From a bacterium (GTDB lineage: Bacteria; Krumholzibacteriota; Krumholzibacteriia; LZORAL124-64-63), in contig JANOEP010000054.1 of the NCBI GenBank assembly GCA_031441465.1, forward strand, positions 1-64,000: a stretch of DNA of 64,000 nt, given 5' to 3'. Below are positions 62,001-64,000 of this stretch, in pieces. The first letter of the stretch is position 1. The number at the start of each line of letters is the position of its first letter. The notes under the pieces were generated by a model, which was given only the letters and a program-made list of their open reading frames with translations, searched no databases and had not been told where the DNA came from. The position numbers and the translations under genes were made by a program.

Positions 62001-64000
62001 GCTCGTCGGGAGCGGCGGCCGTGGGCACGCGCCGCACGCCCTCCCGCTCCCAGCGGGTCCCGAGCAGCTTGATTTCCGTCAGCTGGATGTCGCGCACGGT
62101 CTCGGCGGCGGCCGGGTCGCGATTCTCGAACCAGATGCGCATGTGGGTCGCGGTGGCCAGCTGCGGCGTGATGCCGCCGGGCGGCACCACCGGCAGCCGG
62201 TCGCCGAGACGGATGCGGTACTTGCGCCAGGCGAGCCGCTGCTCGAGGTTCGCTGACACCTCCGACGCGGGGAAGTCGCGCAGGACGTCGACCATGGCCG
62301 AGTCGGCGAGGTCCACGCTGATCGTGAAGAAGCCGTTCTTGTCGTCGAACAGGGAATCGCCGTCGAGGTCCTCGCTGTCCTCGCGGTTGTTGCCGGCCGT
62401 GCCGTTGATCCCCGGGTAGGGTTCGGCGTCGGTGCCGTAGTCGGCGTTGAACTGGTCGCGCGCGGTGTCGTTGCCGAGCCCGACATCCTCGCGGATCTCC
62501 CAGATGCCGTCCGGGGTGTCGCCTAGCACGCCGTCCTCGCGCTGGTAGGTGCCCGTCACCAGTTCGCCGCCCACCGCCACGGGCCAGTAGCCGTCCTCGC
62601 TGATGTACCCGAAGTCGAAGTGCAGGGTGCCGTCCGGCACCGTCCCGAGGGCTTCGTGCCGGAAGTCGTTGACCCAGAACTCGAGGAACTGGGACTTGGT
62701 CAGGTCGACGCCGTTGCGGCCGAGCCCGTGCGTGATGCCGCCCCAATGCTCCGGCGTCCACTCCCCGCCGCCCGTCGACAGGTGGATCTGGAGCACCTGC
62801 TGCGACTCGCGTGCCTCCTGCTCGCGCAGGTCGGGGTTGAGGTAGCGGCGCTGGGTGATGTTGCGGGGCAGGAACCAGCGCGTGTCGAGTCGCCGCTGCG
62901 GCGAGAAGTCGCGGCCGATCAGGTAGGCGCGCGGGTCGTCGGGCGGCAGGGTCAGGCCCTCGCCGTGGGCCGGGGCGGCGGCGGCGTTCCAGGCCAGCCG
63001 GCTGACGGGCAGCAGGTCCGAGGAGTCGACCCCCTCGTAGTCCTCCACGTAGACCTCGTTGAAGGTGTTCGGGTTGGGGACGCTCAGGGCCAGCTCGCCG
63101 CTCAGGCGCACGTTGCTCTCGCGGTCGGAGTCGTGGCGGCTCAGCAGGTTCGCGAACCCGGTCAGGAACCCCGGGCGCACGGTGACCTGGCCGTTGAGGT
63201 TGCCGACCAGCGTGCGGCTGGGCTCCTCGCCCAGCTTCGCCTTGTGGCCCACCACCGCGTTGCTCTCGTAGAGCCAGGTCGTGGCGAAGCGGCCCTCGCG
63301 CCCGACGTCCATCCCCAGGTTGAAGCCCATGAGGCTGCTGTTGCCCCCGCCCACGAACGGGGCGAACTGGTAGTTGACGGCGATGCGGGAGTCCGCCGTC
63401 ATGTTCGCCGCGGCCTCGCCCTTGAGCGTGACCTCGCCGAAGGAGTAGTCGATGACGTAGTCGGTGTCGCGCACCAGCGTGCGGCCGTCGAGCGTCACCG
63501 TTTCGGAGCCCTCCTCGATGTTCGAGGCGCCGAGGTTGAAGGTGCTGGACGCCGCGGCGTGCGTCGCCACGAACCGGTACTGGGTGTACTGGGCCATCTG
63601 CGTCGGGGTGAGGTCGGTGCTGTAGATCTCGGGAATAGTGATCAGTTGCGTGGTCTGCGGGTCGTAGACCGAGGAATCGGCGAAGGCTGCGTAGGCCTCC
63701 GGCGCGGCGTTGAACGGCTCCGGGAAGTCGAGCGGGAACTTGAGCAGCCCGCGCGTGAGGTCGAAGAGGAAGGAGTCGTGCACGTCGACCCGGTCGTCGT
63801 GGCCGGCGTCGTTCTGCGGGGTCGTGCGGTCGAGGCCGAAGATGCGGATCCACTTCAGGCCGCTGCCGGCCCCCGTGTTGTCCAGGTCCTGTTCGGGGAA
63901 GTTGGTCTGGGAGTTGGACTCGAGCCGCAGGTCGAAGCTGGCGGCGTCGATGTTGCTCCCGCCCAGGGGGTAGATGTTGCGCAGGACGTACTGCCAGGTG
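58999..64000 (-). CDS. sprA: SprA/Sov-like T9SS outer-membrane translocon (5'-partial; the frame stays open past the window edge)
   Basis: W....RNIY.LG, FGLD, G.L.FP....EPF, FNLG..NI.EGS..VT.DG..L....DY.IDY..G.V, LGEEP, EDYEG, FLEFWV, DFG.ISED, YFND.RL; beta-barrel C-terminus ending in F. Confidence 0.88.
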   Translation of the reverse strand, partial: TWQYVLRNIYPLGGSNIDAASFDLRLESNSQTNFPEQDLDNTGAGSGLKWIRIFGLDRTTPQNDAGHDDRVDVHDSFLFDLTRGLLKFPLDFPEPFNAAPEAYAAFADSSVYDPQTTQLITIPEIYSTDLTPTQMAQYTQYRFVATHAAASSTFNLGASNIEEGSETVTLDGRTLVRDTDYVIDYSFGEVTLKGEAAANMTADSRIAVNYQFAPFVGGGNSSLMGFNLGMDVGREGRFATTWLYESNAVVGHKAKLGEEPSRTLVGNLNGQVTVRPGFLTGFANLLSRHDSDRESNVRLSGELALSVPNPNTFNEVYVEDYEGVDSSDLLPVSRLAWNAAAAPAHGEGLTLPPDDPRAYLIGRDFSPQRRLDTRWFLPRNITQRRYLNPDLREQEARESQQVLQIHLSTGGGEWTPEHWGGITHGLGRNGVDLTKSQFLEFWVNDFRHEALGTVPDGTLHFDFGYISEDGYWPVAVGGELVTGTYQREDGVLGDTPDGIWEIREDVGLGNDTARDQFNADYGTDAEPYPGINGTAGNNREDSEDLDGDSLFDDKNGFFTISVDLADSAMVDVLRDFPASEVSANLEQRLAWRKYRIRLGDRLPVVPPGGITPQLATATHMRIWFENRDPAAAETVRDIQLTEIKLLGTRWEREGVRRVPTAAAPDELLLTPADLAAGEEFFLGEVNNKENPDYVPPFALRIQNQVQEKETSLVLDYQNLQRQHMVRASRLISPQGEDFTRYERLLWYVFNPDPDQADMEVFYRVGADTLNYYEISYRFDESDGARSGWQALSLDLAELSNAKLDAPDPVSGWIVTRVRDSEADRDYRVRVVGSPDLRRVKRFYLGVRNTDRSAGASGYFYFNDVRLQSVRRATGYAERVAMSVNMADIIKTDFDWSRRDAEFHGLSSDAGQGFTNEDWNLTSSFRIDDFVPMLGFRVPVSLGRQVGVRRPKYVTNSDIEIIDEALRARESSHNERESFSVRVTRAPSVHPLLRYLVDPWNVGLSGSRTGDDTPLAIQQGKNLQGSLTYDLRIGGDRKLAIIPLLGRIPLVQGIGLLPSKITFSGNYSSTERRTQNFSVLTGAFEARPTQRTRSGTLTGSFSYKPLSIVDLDFTARSDRDPLRPREALGFNFGQENIFAQQVQLRFQPPQRLEVPEGWWARPLDLALRASRSLRPTLNFNGSFSDNHSPSVRQTGDPPGIRNIQNSGDWTVRLSLPIDGLVNSLVPRRSTLSREEQAARLRQQAEQARRQSGGGGTGAPGTAGGTGEAGAVGAAGEVGEAGATSVRDPRLDDPNLTDEERRVIEDEALLRRAEEEARAEQERRERRERERAPADSTVVAAVADSTAAAPAAGRRWRVPNPLPGLVGILRETQPVQVNYSKKKQASYGRFTGNTPFWYRVGFYNDYAAAESLYVGHGLSDQTALTLSTSSKLSRMASLDVNYSRTVSESEQAGLRTESYNRDWPDLRFSLTGLERLGLLGGGGTDGLLRSANLQINYKFTRNIPNFTATQYNPRESTQLTPRLNFTFQNGMSASLNVGSSVDRSEQNSSLSTTSRFNVNLQLRHQFRAEKLLSRLGLYKPGAQPNINMDIDISMTRDNTDRWFAGTDRNGEPDQNTGTGRWSFNPRFSYQLSRNLSGALRFIYSRDSVKETDLVTQRFGLGLEATFVF

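Overview
High-GC (mostly ~70%+) diderm bacterial chromosome segment. Almost all genes are on the minus strand. The gene content (SprA, a PorV/PorQ-like barrel, a T9SS-CTD-like cargo, GWxTD proteins) points to an FCB-group organism, probably outside Bacteroidota (e.g. a Krumholzibacteriota/Latescibacterota-like lineage; this is inference). In minus-strand order from the right end: partial sprA plus an M28/glutaminyl-cyclase-like gene; rimP-nusA-L7Ae-infB-(rbfA::DHH fusion)-truB-ribF, with rmlA-rmlC-cysC inserted before rpsO-pnp-M16; an OmpA/MotB-like lipoprotein, a cyclophilin and uvrA; gcvT-H-PA-PB plus a lipoate ligase; a plus-strand lipoprotein/beta-barrel pair; Dpp-type ABC genes; a ~15 kb envelope cluster (TonB-dependent receptor, CTD-bearing secreted protein, PorV-like barrel, GWxTD, ExbB, TolC, ABC ATPase, second GWxTD, OMP); lysC on the plus strand; and radC-mreBCD-mrdA-rodA-lgt-aroE-comF. 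comF is cut short by an abrupt ~40% GC segment at the left edge. No rRNA, tRNA, CRISPR array or transposase was seen. The best candidate for an uncharacterised system is the TBDR/CTD-cargo/PorV/GWxTD/ExbB/TolC cluster, possibly working with SprA. All family calls are from motif recognition by eye; no database searches were run.
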